In this document: piece after piece, positions 13,441 to 26,361 of the stretch
Layout of the letters: the number at the start of each line of letters is the position of its first letter
Numbering within the stretch: position 1 is the stretch's first letter
Source: Euprymna scolopes
Lineage: Eukaryota
Assembly: GCA_053919585.1 (NCBI GenBank)
Contig: CM132825.1
Reading direction: 5' to 3' (one strand)
Length of the DNA stretch: 64,000 bases
Notes under the pieces: generated by a model
What the model saw: only the letters and a program-made list of their open reading frames with translations
What the model was told of the DNA's origin: nothing
The model's database searches: none
Translations under genes and position numbers: made by a program

Positions 13441-13858
13441 ATGCTTAATTCAATGATAATATTGGTAGTTCGAGAAATTCAATTTATTTTTAGTTATATC
13501 GATTTCGTTAATACGGATTTTAGGGCTGTTTTTGTAATGTTCCTGTAAAAAAAATTTTATTGTTACAAATTACGATGCTTTATTTACATAAGAAAGCAAA
13601 AATAAATTCTTGCGTTTCTTATTTACTACTGAAAACCATAATTTTAGTAAAGGTAGTTTTTGTTTAAACAAAATAATACATTTCCACTAAGACTTAAATA
13701 AAAATACTTAGTTCATTGTATCCTGCGATCATTATTTGATAAATACTGAAAATTTCATTAAAATTGGTTAATTTCCGGATTTTTCGTGAATTTTAATTAA
13801 AGGAAGGGGTCAAAATATTTATACATTTTGAGCATCGGCATTTATTTTGCACATACCT
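13441..13858 (-). mobile_element. Dispersed repeat, probable DNA-transposon end; second copy at 27451-27860
   Basis: Inverted homology over ~400 bp to 27451-27860; both end at AGGTAYRYRCAAAAT. Confidence 0.75.
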
Positions 13859-14539
13859 AATAAACATGACTAGAAATATTTTATGTAATAGCGTGTATTC
13901 GTTTATGTCCTAAAATAAACACGACCAGGAATATATTTCGTTTGTTGTTTACTTAAGAACACATGCCCAGAAATATTTTTATTGTCCTGTATTCATGTAC
14001 ATTCTTTTAGTAAACACATGCTAAATGTGTATTGTTTAACAGTAACTTATAAACAAATTCGCCAATCGTCCCAACCCCTGTGGTCAGAATGGCTGCCTTA
14101 CATTTTTCGTCGTCCGTAATCTGCACCACTATAAAATACCTCTGTATGTCGCCTCATGTCCCTCATCCTCTCCATGCTCCAATGGTTTAATGTTCTTTAA
14201 AAAGGATTTCCCCCTCTAAGTATGTTCGTCACAGACCGAAAAGCATTTTTTATCCCAAGGTAAAACACCTGAATGAAACCAGTAAAAGTATGCTATTCCA
14301 TTATGATTTTAAACCTGTATTTTTAAATAACACGAAAGTGAAAAAAAAAATCTCGAAATAGAATTAGAACCGAAACAAGAAAAAGTATAAATAATATTTA
14401 ACGAAATTTTGAGTTATTTTTTTGTTGATTAATGCATCCACAAATGCGTACTTATATCTTTTATAATTATCTTCTTTTACAAAGAGCAAAAACACACAAG
14501 GTAAGATCGAAAGTCACCCACCATTTTTTTCTGTTTTAT

Positions 14540-14760
14540 GGCACACTTCTGTCAAACTTTGCTATTTCCAAAACATTCTGCTATTAAACTTTGCTATTAA
14601 AAAAGTCGACATTCTGCTGTCAAAACTCACTACTCCAAATCTGTCACACTTCTGTCAAACTTTGCTATTTAAAAACTCGACATTCTGCTGTCAACACTCA
14701 TTACTCCAAAAACTCGTAACTTTGCTGTCAAAATTTGTTACTCCGACATCCAAATCCAAA
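14540..14760. repeat. Short degenerate tandem repeat (~33-35 bp)
   Basis: Recurrent acattctgctgtcaaa / actttgctatt / actccaaa. Confidence 0.7.
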
Positions 14761-15652
14761 CTGCCCTAGTCTCGGAAAAATCAGGATTTTTATTAAAAAC
14801 TGGAAGCATTTCATTTGATATACCAGGTAACAAAATTGCAAACATGAATAAAAGTAACAGACATTTTTTTCTGTTCTTTATTGCCTGCCTAACAACACTA
14901 CAGTCTGCATAAAAACAGGTTTGTACCAATTTTTAGTAACATATTTGGTACTTAGAGCTTTTGGTTATGGCAGAGAAATAGGTGTGGCGCGCGATATGCC
15001 CGCTTGCGATCGTCTCGTCTTGTAACTCATCTCTTCAACTGTGGCCCTCGTTTTTGTTTAGATTGGCAGCATACCTCTTTTTTGTTGTTTAGCATTCGAC
15101 GTTACGCTGTCAGAATGTGGAACACATTTACTTCATAAATCATTCCTTTGTTGCCTGGCTTCCATTATTAAACACTCTCAATATAGGATCGACTCATTAA
15201 CCGTAATTCTAGCCCTCACCACTCAGTAGGTGCTCTTCCATTATGTAGTCTACTCATTAACTCAAATCCTAACAGATTTTGCAGTATGTGATCTACCCTA
15301 ACGCTGAGCCTAACAACTTAGTAGATACTCTTTAAATTTGTGATATACTCATTAGCTCTACCCCTAACTCTAACAATTTGGTAGATGCTTTGTATATATA
15401 CTCTGTCTCGTGGCAGACATTACACCGACAAAGATTAGCAGTAATACCAAAAAAGTGTGAATAGTTCTATACAAAGCCTTCACCACTATAAACTGTGGAA
15501 CATCATACGTCGANNNNNNNNNNNNNNNNNNNNNNNNNNNNNNNNNNNNNNNNNNNNNNNNNNNNNNNNNNNNNNNNNNNNNNNNNNNNNNNNNNNNNNN
15601 NNNNNNNNNNNNNNNNNNNNNNNNNNNNNNNNNNNNNNNNNNNNNNNNNNNN

Positions 15653-15912
15653 GAAATTATTAAAATAATCAACGTTTCGTCCTTATTTCAGAGGACATCT
15701 TCAGGATAAAAAATGCAAGAAAAGAAAAAGTCATAGATCATACGAAAAAGAGAATAGCTTATGAATCCTACACATGTGTCCTTCCCGACATGGGTAGGAT
15801 TCATAAGCTATTCTCTTTTTCGTATGATCTATGACTTTTTCTTTTCTTGCATTTTTTATCCTGAAGATGTCCTCTGAAATAAGGACGAAACGTTGATTAT
15901 TTTAATAATTTC
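15653..15912. repeat. Near-perfect 260-bp palindrome between two N gaps
   Basis: 15653-15771 is the exact reverse complement of 15794-15912; short central loop. Confidence 0.95.
15858..15897 (+). ncRNA. Minimal type-I hammerhead ribozyme motif (mirror copy on minus strand at 15668-15707)
   Basis: atc-CTGAAGA-T-GTCCT(ctgaaata)AGGAC-GAA-ACGT-T-gat: conserved core, 5-bp stem II, palindromic stem III, 3-bp stem I. Confidence 0.7.
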
Positions 15913-16329
15913 NNNNNNNNNNNNNNNNNNNNNNNNNNNNNNNNNNNNNNNNNNNNNNNNNNNNNNNNNNNNNNNNNNNNNNNNNNNNNNNNNNNNNNNN
16001 NNNNNNNNNNNNNNNNNNNNNNNNNNNNNNNNNNNNNNNNNNNNNNNNNNNNNNNNNNNNNNNNNNNNNNNNNNNNNNNNNNNNNNNNNNNNNNNNNNNN
16101 NNNNNNNNNNNNNNNGTTTTCCTGCGTAGGAAATCTACAATTTAGTAAGGTTTGAGCATTATCTAACCATACATTCTTTAACCAGACTTCCTTTACTTAT
16201 TGAAAACGAGAAGTCTGGAATGACCGGTAATAATGTCGCGATAAGCAGAGTAAAACTTGTATTATTATTTTGGAATTTACTTTGCGTCAATTATCTGACT
16301 AGCAGGCCTTTTATAAATATCACGTTTGC

Positions 16330-19300
16330 TCTAAACTGTTGTAGATAAAACTGGATGAGGATATCGGGAGTTCCCTGAAACAGCGAACATGAACAACAGA
16401 AAGGTAAAAGTCGACTTGCCTTTTACTGACAAACTTAAACAAATCCGGACACCGACATGTACGAATGTTGCATTCAACTAATACCACAGCAAGCAAATCC
16501 AAATAGTGTCTTTAACGTAACTTGCATTCACCGAATACCGCATTAACAAACATCGAACACACAAGGTCGAAAAAGTGGGATTTAAAAAGCTAACGCCCTT
16601 CTGCATTCTGGCCTGCAAAAGATAATGTATGAGTAGCCCCATCGGCATTATGCGGTAAGGGGCGCCTCGGGCGATTAGCAATAAACTAACCACTTGTGAA
16701 AGCGTGGCAAGGTAAAGTCTGTGAGAAATCCTAGAACTACACAGAACCATGCCCCAGTTCGAAAGAACAGCGCCGGAAGATGCAACGACGGACTTATCGT
16801 TAAAGAGGTACCCTCGACTGGTATAAGAGTTTCGGTAAGGGGGAGCTAAACAAGAGGTTATGCGGAGCTTCAGACATGCATCATAAGTAGACGATCAGCT
16901 GACCTTTCTCCAATTAGGATTGTGGCCTCAGGAAAGCCCACCGGGGATGAGTGCAGGGTCCCTTTCCATGCGCGTCATGGCACTACAAACAACCCGATAT
17001 TATTCAACTGTTGATGGAGCAGCCGCTCTAAGCGCTACCAAAGAGTTAGGGCTCCTGTACTACAAGTCGGGAACAGCAGCCAGGAACTATCAATCCGGTA
17101 CCCTCAACCCTTTAGAAGAAGGTACACCCAATCTAATCGCTCAGTCATATCTTATACTCCAGCACTCCCAAATGTTCAGTTTTAGGGGTGGGGCGTGCTG
17201 GGAATGGGGAAGAATGGCGTTCATTGCCCTAGCCAGGAAACAAGATCTACCGCTGGGTGTTTCTGTCGAATCACTGAGATAGTGTCTCTGCGCTTGACTA
17301 ATAGGCAAAGAAGGAGTATGGAAGCCGGGCGATAGACAGAGCCTATCTACTCCTTAAGAAAAAAAAATATGACGACAGTACAATCCAAAAATAAGCTTAA
17401 ACCAGGATTAGGGACAAACAAATTCAACTTGCCTCCTCCCTTGAGGCTCTCATTCACAAATATCCGTGGGCTTAGAACTAACTTAGCTGATGTTGAAGCA
17501 TTTCTCTTAACAAATACCCCGGATATCTTAGCACTAAGTGAGACTAACCTACACTCCTCCATTCCCTCTAACCACTTTAACATGCCTGGATATCTCCCAC
17601 TTTGCCGTAAGGACTCTGACAGACATATGCACGGACTTGGAGTTTACATTCGTAATACCCTTCCCTTGACTAGAGAAACAAACCTAGAAACAGATGATCA
17701 AGCCTTTATGTGCTTTAGACTAAACATGCAACACAATATTAGCTACTATTATTTTCTCTACCGCTCTCCCTCGACTCAGGACTGCTCCATAATAAACAAA
17801 GTATCTGACAGCATAGACACGGCACTGACCCTCGACACTAGCGCACAAATACATGTGTTTGGTGACTTTAATGTCCACCACAAAAACTGGCTTGGATTCT
17901 CTACTCACACAGATGCAGCGGGCAGCACAACTCATAGCTTCGCTATATCTCACTCCCTATCACAAATTGTTACGTTTCCAACCCGATTCCCTGACCAAGA
18001 AGAATAACACGCATCACTTCTAGATCTGTTTTTGACCAGTTCCCGATGACTGCATAACGAAGGCCCACAGCCCACTCGGGAACGCTGATCATGCAGTGAT
18101 AATGGTTGAAATCGCCCTAAACTCTAGACCCAAAACTGAAGAGCCAGTGCTCAAAACAACGAGATATTATAATAAGGCTGACTGGGAAGCCATCAGGGAA
18201 CTAATTAGAGATGCTCCATGGAAAAATATTTTCTCTCTCCCTGCTGAACAATGTGCAAACGAGACCACTGACTGGTTCAAAACTGCAATTGAAGCGCATG
18301 TTCCCATGCGGAAATTTTATAGTAAGCCCCACTCTCCCCAATGGTTTACGTCGACTTGTGCAACTGCCATTGCTCAAAAGCAGCATGCATACCGTAGGTT
18401 TAACTGACATAAGTCTAGTTCAAACAGACTGAAGTATATAGAAGCTAGAAATAACGTTAAGAAAGAAATAGCGACAGCTAAGAGAGAATTTACGGAAACC
18501 ACTAAAAAGCGCATCGAAGCACAAAAACTAGGAACTCGAGACTTCTGGAAAATCTACAACAGTGTAGTAAATAATGGGCAATCAACCATTCCCCCACTAA
18601 CCAACAATCACGAGGTTGTCTCCTCAGCAACCGACAAGGCTAACATGCTTGCCAGTCGGTTTGCCTCAAACTCCACACTGGACCCTTCCAACCACCCCCT
18701 ACCTGACTTTCCTAAGCGGACAGACGCCACACTAGACGATCTGAAAACTACCCCTGCTCAGGTGCATGCTATCATAAAAAATCTTGATACCTCAAAAGCA
18801 TGTGGACCTGATCTTATCCCAGCTGTGCTATTAAAAAAGTGCTCAGCCGAAGTAGCTTCAGTTCTCTCCAAACTACAACAAATGCCTTAATGAAGCTTGC
18901 TTTCCGGTCTGTTGGAAAACTGCTTCTGTTGTACCAGTATTCAAGAATTCTGGCGAAAGGACAGACCCATCAAATTATCGCCCCATTAGCCTCCTCCCAC
19001 TTTTTGCCAAAATATTTGAGACCATAATTAACCATGCTCTAGTCCATCATCTTACAGATGCTAAACTACTGACTGACAAACAATATGGATTTAGACAAGC
19101 CCGTTCCACAGCAGACATCCTAACTGTGATCTCTGAACGTATATACCATTCACTGGACAACGCGGGGGGAGGGCAGAGCGGTAGCTCTAGATATATCTAA
19201 GGCTTTTGACAGGGTATGGCATGAGGGTCTCCTTAGTAAAATAAGATCATACGGTATCACTGGTAGAATACTTAACATAATTAAATCCTTCTTAGATAAG

Positions 19301-20359
19301 AGAAAAATCCAGGTTGTCCTCGACGGTCGTACATCTAAACAATATGATATAAATGCGGGGGTGCCCCAGGGTTCTATCCTTGGACCTCTATTGTTCCTGA
19401 TATTCATAAATGACCTCCCCGACAACATTGCCTCTGAGATGGGTATATATGCTGATGACACTACACTCTATGGCAGGCACGACAGGAAGACGAATGAACA
19501 CATTTCTAAAGAAATGGCAGAAACACTAGAGGAAGACCTCCAATCTGTAGTGGAATGGGGACAAAAGTGGTTGGTCGCGTTCAATGCTGCCAAGACTAAA
19601 CTAGTTTCATTCAATAATTACAAGAAACCCTCTCTACCACCCATAGCAATGGCCAACAACTCTTTATCCGAGAGTCCATCTTTCAAACTCCTTGGCCTAA
19701 CGTTCACAGGAAACATGAGTTGGAACAATTACATTGAAGGCATTGCCAGGGCCGCTGCAAGAAAGGTGGGCTCTCTCTACCGTGCTAGAAATCTACTAAC
19801 ACCCGAAAGTATCCTGTACCTCTATAAGGCCACCATTCGCCCATGTATGGAGTATTGCTGCCACATCTGGGCTGGTGCATCTGCTACTAGTCTCTCGCTC
19901 CTTGACAAGGTTCAAAAGAGAGTCGCCAATCTGATAGGCCCTGAACTGGCATCTAAGCTTCAGCCTCTGTCCCATCGACGAAATGTTGCATCCCTCTGCC
20001 TTTTCTACAAGTATTTTAGTGGTGAATGCTCTGACGAACTGCAATCACTTGTGCCCCCACGACGTGTGCACCCTCGACAAACCCGACAGGCTACTAAATC
20101 CAACCCCCACACTGTAGAGATTCCTAGATGTAAAAGATCTTTTTACTCCAATAGTTTCTTCCCCAGAACCGCTAGACTCTGGAATTCCATCCCAGGTCCC
20201 TGCTTCCCCAACAGTACTGACGTGCAGAAGTTCAAGTGTAACGTGAACCGACACCTTGCTGCCCAAATCCCTACATAGTACCCCAGTAGTTGTTGCCCCT
20301 GATAGTAGCCCCTTACACCAAAGTGGCAATTTGCCTTGTTTGGGGTGAAAATGTAATAA

Positions 20360-20396
<37 letters not shown>

Positions 20397-20398
20397 AT
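16330..20398 (+). mobile_element. CR1-type LINE, copy 2, near full length with ~1-kb 5' region and (TAAA)n tail
   Basis: ORF2 remnants 17369-20278; 3' UTR shared with copies 1 and 3; tail 20355-20398; 5' boundary estimated from composition only. Confidence 0.9.
17369..20278 (+). pseudogene. LINE ORF2 (APE-RT) with two stops and three frameshifts
   Basis: Stops at 18005 (CAA>TAA) and 18405 (CGA>TGA); indels at ~18038, ~18875 and ~19160 relative to copy 1. Confidence 0.92.
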
Positions 20399-20708
20399 GT
20401 TCTGTTTCACTTTGGTATAGGACTTACTTTGTAATTGCACCCCGGACGAACAGACAGACCGGTATCAGAAATATCGGCATAAATTATTTTAACACCAAAC
20501 AAATACATTCGCAGAATCTCGCTGACCCAAAATCTACCCGTAGTAAACTTGGGAGATAAATAATGCAGAAAAAAATATGATACCATTTCAAACTTGAGCT
20601 TGACTGATCAACAGCACGGTTATCCCAAACAAGCGTGACTGACCAACAAGAACGCGATTTAAAAAATCAACGTGAAAGACAAACTAAAATTCTATTCCAT
20701 ATTATAAC

Positions 20709-20739
<31 letters not shown>

Positions 20740-21261
20740 AGAGAGAGGGGGAGAGGGAGAGAGAGAGTGTTACGGAAGTAATAGTTAAAAGCATAAGTGT
20801 GACCAGTCAACATGTTTCATTTATGACTCGACGCGTGAAAGACGGACCAACGGACATCGTCTCTTAAGATGAACTCAATCTAGAGCGATATTGACCGACG
20901 TAGAACCACATGGGCGCATTTAAACATATCTGGTGTGGGTGTATTTATCAATATTAGTTTTCATGCACATATCCGGTGCGAACGCTATTTTTACGCCGTC
21001 AGCATCCGGTGATATGGCTGTCAGAAAATTCGTAAAGATTTTCAGCTATTATTTATTAGAGTCGATAATTTGTGGGAGAAAACTGTCTTGCAAAGAGGGT
21101 GACAGCAGCTTTTCGTAAAATCGTGTATAACGATATTTCTATACATATATTTTAGATTATTAGTAGTTAAATAGTAGTTGAAGATCTCATCTACGACGGA
21201 TTATCTAAAAAGTTATATCCGTCAGATAACTTCCAATGGCTTACTAAAGAGAGTTGATAAA

Positions 21262-21495
21262 GTAAAGTAGTCAAATAGTCGAGGGCGATTTGAAGCTTAC
21301 TTTTTCATTAGCTACTACACAGAGATTCCTTTCTCAGAATAACTCCACGTACCCTTAATCCTTACTTTATAATATTGAGTGTTTAGCAAAGTGGAATCAA
21401 GTACCATTTTTTTTTTTTTAATTTTTGGTATACTCGAATGAGGATTGAACCTCTAGTCTTCCGGACTATTAGCGAAAACTTTAACCATTATGCTG
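21262..21495 (-). mobile_element. Degenerate tRNA-derived SINE
   Basis: Minus-strand head taatggttaaagttttcgctaatagtccggaagactagaGGTTCAATCCtc (A/B-box like); body resembles a common octopus SINE as I recall it (not verified). Confidence 0.6.
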
Positions 21496-21693
21496 AGAAA
21501 ACGGAGTACCCACGTTTATTGTTAATTAGCAGAGGGCGCCCGCCCTTCTAGGACATAAAATACGCTTAAATATATTTTAATTCATGCATATTTTGTATTT
21601 ATTATTACAGAACCAATTCTCTATTGAATATTATATTGTACCTAATATATAGTAGTGATTTTATTAGTTAAAACAAAATTGACGTGAGTACCA

Positions 21694-21758
21694 TCAGCTT
21701 GAATCGAAACCAAAACATTAAGCGCTTCAGTCGCATTCCCTACCGTTTGAGCTTACCC
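21694..21758 (-). mobile_element. tRNA-like (GAA anticodon-like) SINE head or tRNA pseudogene
   Basis: gggtAAGCTCAAACGGTAGggaatgcgaCTGAAGcgcttaatgttttGGTTTCGATTC; stems imperfect. Confidence 0.5.
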
Positions 21759-23459
21759 AACAATTAGATAAGAAAGTTTTTAAATTAAATAACTTTTAGC
21801 TATTATTAGGTTTACGCGTGTGCGAACTAATAGGTATATGTCTGCAAGTTGAAATGAACATTTTGCATTTCAACTTGCTGAGTTCTGTACGGGTTATTTA
21901 TCCACTCTCACATATTATTTTAATACTTTATTCGTAAAAAAACATCCTTTCTCTATTAAGTACAGTGTTACGCGACCAGTAGTTTAGAGTTTGTCAGTTA
22001 AATATTTGCACACACNNNNNNNNNNNNNNNNNNNNNNNNNNNNNNNNNNNNNNNNNNNNNNNNNNNNNNNNNNNNNNNNNNNNNNNNNNNNNNNNNNNNN
22101 NNNNNNNNNNNNNNNNNNNNNNNNNNNNNNNNNNNNNNNNNNNNNNNNNNNNNNNNNNNNNNNNNNNNNNNNNNNNNNNNNNNNNNNNNNNNNNNNNNNN
22201 NNNNNNNNNNNNNNNNNNNNNNNNNNNNNNNNNNNNNNNNNNNNNNNNNNNNNNNNNNNNNNNNNNNNNNNNNNNNNNNNNNNNNNNNNNNNNNNNNNNN
22301 NNNNNNNNNNNNNNNNNNNNNNNNNNNNNNNNNNNNNNNNNNNNNNNNNNNNNNNNNNNNNNNNNNNNNNNNNNNNNNNNNNNNNNNNNNNNNNNNNNNN
22401 NNNNNNNNNNNNNNNNNNNNNNNNNNNNNNNNNNNNNNNNNNNNNNAGGAACAAAGTGTAGTATATGTTCTAATACTATACTTCACCTTTTCTGTCTTCG
22501 GTCAGTGGAGCAGAAATATTTCTAGACTGAGACAATTTTTATTCTTATTCCTATCTGGAGTGCTACTTTTTAGGGAGCTGTATTTTCCCCACATTAAAAA
22601 CCGACCTTGTGTTTAACTCTGCCGTTGTAACCCCACACTGATGAAGCTCGGCTAGGATACCTTTTTGTCTGGAAACTCGGCTCGGATCGTCTGGTCCTTC
22701 TCTGCGGGTTGTTACATTGAATCTTGTATGCTGAAAGCGAATATCGAAGCCGAAGGCAGAAAGAAAAACAGACGCGCGAATTCCACTCTACAGAATTATT
22801 TCACAAACTTATGTACAATGTTTTTACAATGATCGTCAATTCTTAGTTTTCAAAGTCTCAAATCTTTTTCACAGACAGCGTCCGACGGGTGGAGGAAGAG
22901 GGCGTCTTCAGGGAACGGCTGGTTACCTCGAGTTTCACGCACAACTATTTCCGAAACTGCTTAGAAAACTGGCTCATTTCCGCGGGACACTCGTATTAAT
23001 TGTGGTGTATGGTCGGTGTTGGAAGTCTCCTAAGCCAATCAGATCACGCCACGGAATCAGGAAGCACCAGATTTTGCGGGTGTGCAATCCACCAATTTTG
23101 TGATCTGAGATTTACAGATATATTAAATTCACATGAACCCCTAATGTCAGTCTGGCATCTGGCTTTTGAGTTCGCTAAGGCCAGACAGTGTTATGTTATT
23201 GTTCTAAGTTCCTGTCAACAATTTTAAATGCAAAATATATTTCTCTGACTTCCAAACAATATCCATTTTGACAATGAAATAAAATATATATTCTCTATTT
23301 CCTCGGGATATCTGTCGCTACCCGGCATCGATTAAAACGGTCAGCATAATTATTCGGCTTCCTCGGGCCTCTGGGGAGGGATCTAAAGCTCCCCAATGAG
23401 GGCAAATTGCACCCTCAGGTTGATTACGCCACACCGTCGTGGAGAGGCAAGTAAATAGG

Positions 23460-23670
23460 AACTATATTATTATTACTACGAATAATAATACTATTACTAA
23501 CAATATTATTACTAATATTATTATTTTTAATATTTCCCTTATTACGATTAACTTTATTATTAATATTATTATTATTATTAGTAGTAGTAGTAGTAGTAGT
23601 AGCTGTAGTAGTATTAGTAGTAGTAACACTACTACTTCCATTATTAAGATCATTATTATTATGACTACTT
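23460..23670. repeat. (ATT)n/(AGT)n trinucleotide low-complexity tract
   Basis: Direct inspection. Confidence 0.9.
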
Positions 23671-24284
23671 TTTTAGGTACGAAACAATTGGAAGAACTAT
23701 ATTAACAACGGGACAGTGAAACATCAAATTTTAACAACTATATATACATGCTCTTGGGTACTTATGCAGAATAAGGACTGCACTATCGTCGGAATTTTCA
23801 GGCAATTTATGGAAGACGTGGAAGGTGCTGAACGAAAGTTTCGTGATTTTTGACGTGCAAATGTTGGTCTTTTTTCCCCAATAAAATATATTGCTTCCGT
23901 TATTATGAAGATAATTCAAGGAAATATTAATTAAAAACAATACTTTTGTTACAAAGATAATACAAGTAATAATTAATAGATAACTTTCAAAAAAATTAAG
24001 AAAATTAAAGTTTTAATAAAAACACTCATTGTAAGGTAAGCGTCATGAATACAAATTGATTTTTTTAATAACAAACAAATATCTTTTATGTTTGAATTAT
24101 TTTTTTTCTTCTTTTATGATTTTTTTGTTCAAATCAAAATAGACGTTTATTTTTTTATTTGTCTTAAATAATAAACCAATGATATGAATTTCATCTTAAA
24201 TGACATTAGTGGCTGCGATTTCATTGGCTCAGCGTTTCGGCAGTTAAAGTGTTGAAAACAAAACAAACAAAAATGAACTAAAAA

Positions 24285-24915
24285 TAAATAGATTATTCGG
24301 ACTGTCGTTCTAATCTTAACTGTTATTTTCACGACGTTTCGGTTGATGTAACCTCCAACCTTCTTTAGGTGTTTCTTGAAAATAGCACCAATAACATCCC
24401 GAATAATTCAAATGATACAAATTATCATTCCTCATCTAAAAAAAAGATAGAAACATTATTTATATCAGTCCGCAAATTCAAAATCAACACTTACTTGATG
24501 TACGATCGTTTCTATGATGATTTAGAATATTTCATGTATTTTTGATAATCCCAAAACGTCGTTTCTTAAACTACTTCATTTAAGTCTGGTCCTAATCACT
24601 ATAACCTGTCTTATATAAGCATTAAAACAAGCATTAAAACAAGCATTAAAACAAGCATTAAAACAAGCATTAAAACAAGCATTAAAACAAGCATTAAAAC
24701 AAGCATTAAAAACGACAAACAAGTAAAAAAAAACAAAAAAACTGTAAATAAATGGATTATTTAGACTAATATTCTACTTTGAAGTGCTATTTTTACAACG
24801 TTTCACTCGATGTAATCCCCAATCTTCTTCAGGTGTTTCTTGAAAATAACACTCAAGATGAGAACAGCATAATCCAAATAATACTAATCATCAATCCTCA
24901 TCTAAAAAAATTAAG
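24285..24915 (-). mobile_element. Two diverged ~160-bp direct repeats, each with an HHR-like motif (pLTR/retrozyme-like)
   Basis: 24285-24445 resembles 24750-24910; HHR-like cores at 24330-24371 and 24794-24835 (minus). Confidence 0.6.
24617..24711. repeat. 11-bp tandem repeat (AAGCATTAAAAC-like), ~8 copies
   Basis: Direct inspection. Confidence 0.9.
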
Positions 24916-25269
24916 ACACATGTAAATAAATTGTTGAAGAATTCTCAGGGAAGCTTACATTTGACATATGTCCATGTTCGTAAACACTTTCGGTTATATC
25001 TGAGATTCTTATTAATATGGAGATATGCAATATGTGCCCACATACATTTCTTTTATTTTTGCCTGTCACCATTGTCACCCTTGTCAGATTTCGTGTCTTG
25101 CAGCTTTCCGCTTCCGTTTATTTGAAATATCTATTTTCAGTTCATTGTATCTACAACTCTCATAGAAAGGAATAAATCCGCACTCGCATTCAGAAGAGAA
25201 TTATATATAGCCCGCCAGGCTCGAGGACGATGACGTTTTTAATTCATAAGAGCGAAGTTGTACAAAAAG

Positions 25270-25322
<53 letters not shown>

Positions 25323-25418
25323 ATCCGTTTGTAGGATACTAAATTTGCTCTTCATTCATAGATTACTATCTTTGTAAGGTAAATGACTGTTTCGAATTAG
25401 CGCATATATATATATATA

Positions 25419-25689
25419 GTTATCCACGTACAGTACTGTTTCGCTGTATCACAGCTAATCAGTGCGGCTAAACAGGCAACTACCTCAAGCCAGGATCGAA
25501 ACCCGACCGCCCGTACTGTCAAGGCTTTGAACCATTACGCCAATCAGCAGCTGCTGTGCGCGCAGTGAATTAACTATGTTTTGACGTTGTCCGATTACCT
25601 AAGCTCGATTTGTTTACACAAAAAGCATCGTTTATACGCTAATGGCATATAGTGTATCACTTCCCAATATGCTCAACGCAAGATAAGGA

Positions 25690-25693
<4 letters not shown>
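25419..25693 (-). mobile_element. tRNA-headed, HHR-tailed small retroelement, copy 1 (core G8>U)
   Basis: A box TGGCGTAATGG, B box GGTTTCGATCC, then ccgca-CTGATTA-GCTGT(gat)ACAGC-GAA-ACAGTACTGT-A-cgtgg; (TA)n on both sides. Confidence 0.75.
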
Positions 25694-25740
<47 letters not shown>

Positions 25741-26053
25741 CACTTTATATTGGCGTGTACGACTTAATAGGTTAGGATAAAAGATAATACTTACCATACT
25801 TAGCCACGCAAAGGATCAATGCCTAAAAGCTGTATGTCTATGTACAGGGTGTTTTCTTTTTATAGACGATGAATAAACAACATTTACTTTATTTAGATGC
25901 AGATTTGGCAACTATCGGTTATTTTGCGTTCATCTTGGTTTGGCATCCATCATGAAGAGACTGACACCCGACCAGCGTTTGCAAATGATAAGACAAATTT
26001 ACTGAGTAAATCAAGTAAATGAAATTACACACACACTCAGATACAAGCAACCC

Positions 26054-26135
<82 letters not shown>

Positions 26136-26361
26136 GTAACTCTTGGTTCGTTCGCAATTAATAGTCTAAAAAACCACTGGACGGATGGCTTCCACGTTTT
26201 GGTATAATATGTTTACTATATCCATGTGTGTTTTTATATATTTCTTTTTAATTATAACAGTATACTTAATTTTTCTATGATAAATAGATGTTTTTCTTTG
26301 TACAGATAGGCCATTTTTTTATTTAGAGACAATTATTTATTACCGCTTCCTGTCACATGAC

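Larger units (their letters stand above)
9800..14040. repeat. Diverged ~55-58-bp satellite array interrupted by three insertions
   Basis: Consensus approx. AAACACGACCAGAAATATTTTGTTTAATGGCGTGTATTCGTTTACATCCTTAAGT; ccagaa recurs at 11045, 11100 and 11155. Confidence 0.92.

Noticed and set aside
9800-14040. Regularly spaced repeats as a CRISPR array (also 35927-39346 and 60355-61160)
   Set aside because: No unique spacers, no cas genes, eukaryotic context; these are satellites
16790-16870. HDV-like ribozyme in the LINE leader (GGGGAGCTAA)
   Set aside because: Could not build the P1/P2/P3/P1.1 nested pseudoknot by eye
21694-21758. Functional tRNA genes (also the heads at ~25500, ~35570, ~46890 and ~55770)
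   Set aside because: Acceptor and anticodon stems do not pair properly; treated as SINE heads
22638-22680. CTGATGA...GAAAC hammerhead candidate
   Set aside because: No stem II closing pair and no stem III/UH site
22626-23220. Solo LTR (TGT...ACA); similar look at 32661-32994
   Set aside because: No TSD or second copy in the window; boundaries arbitrary
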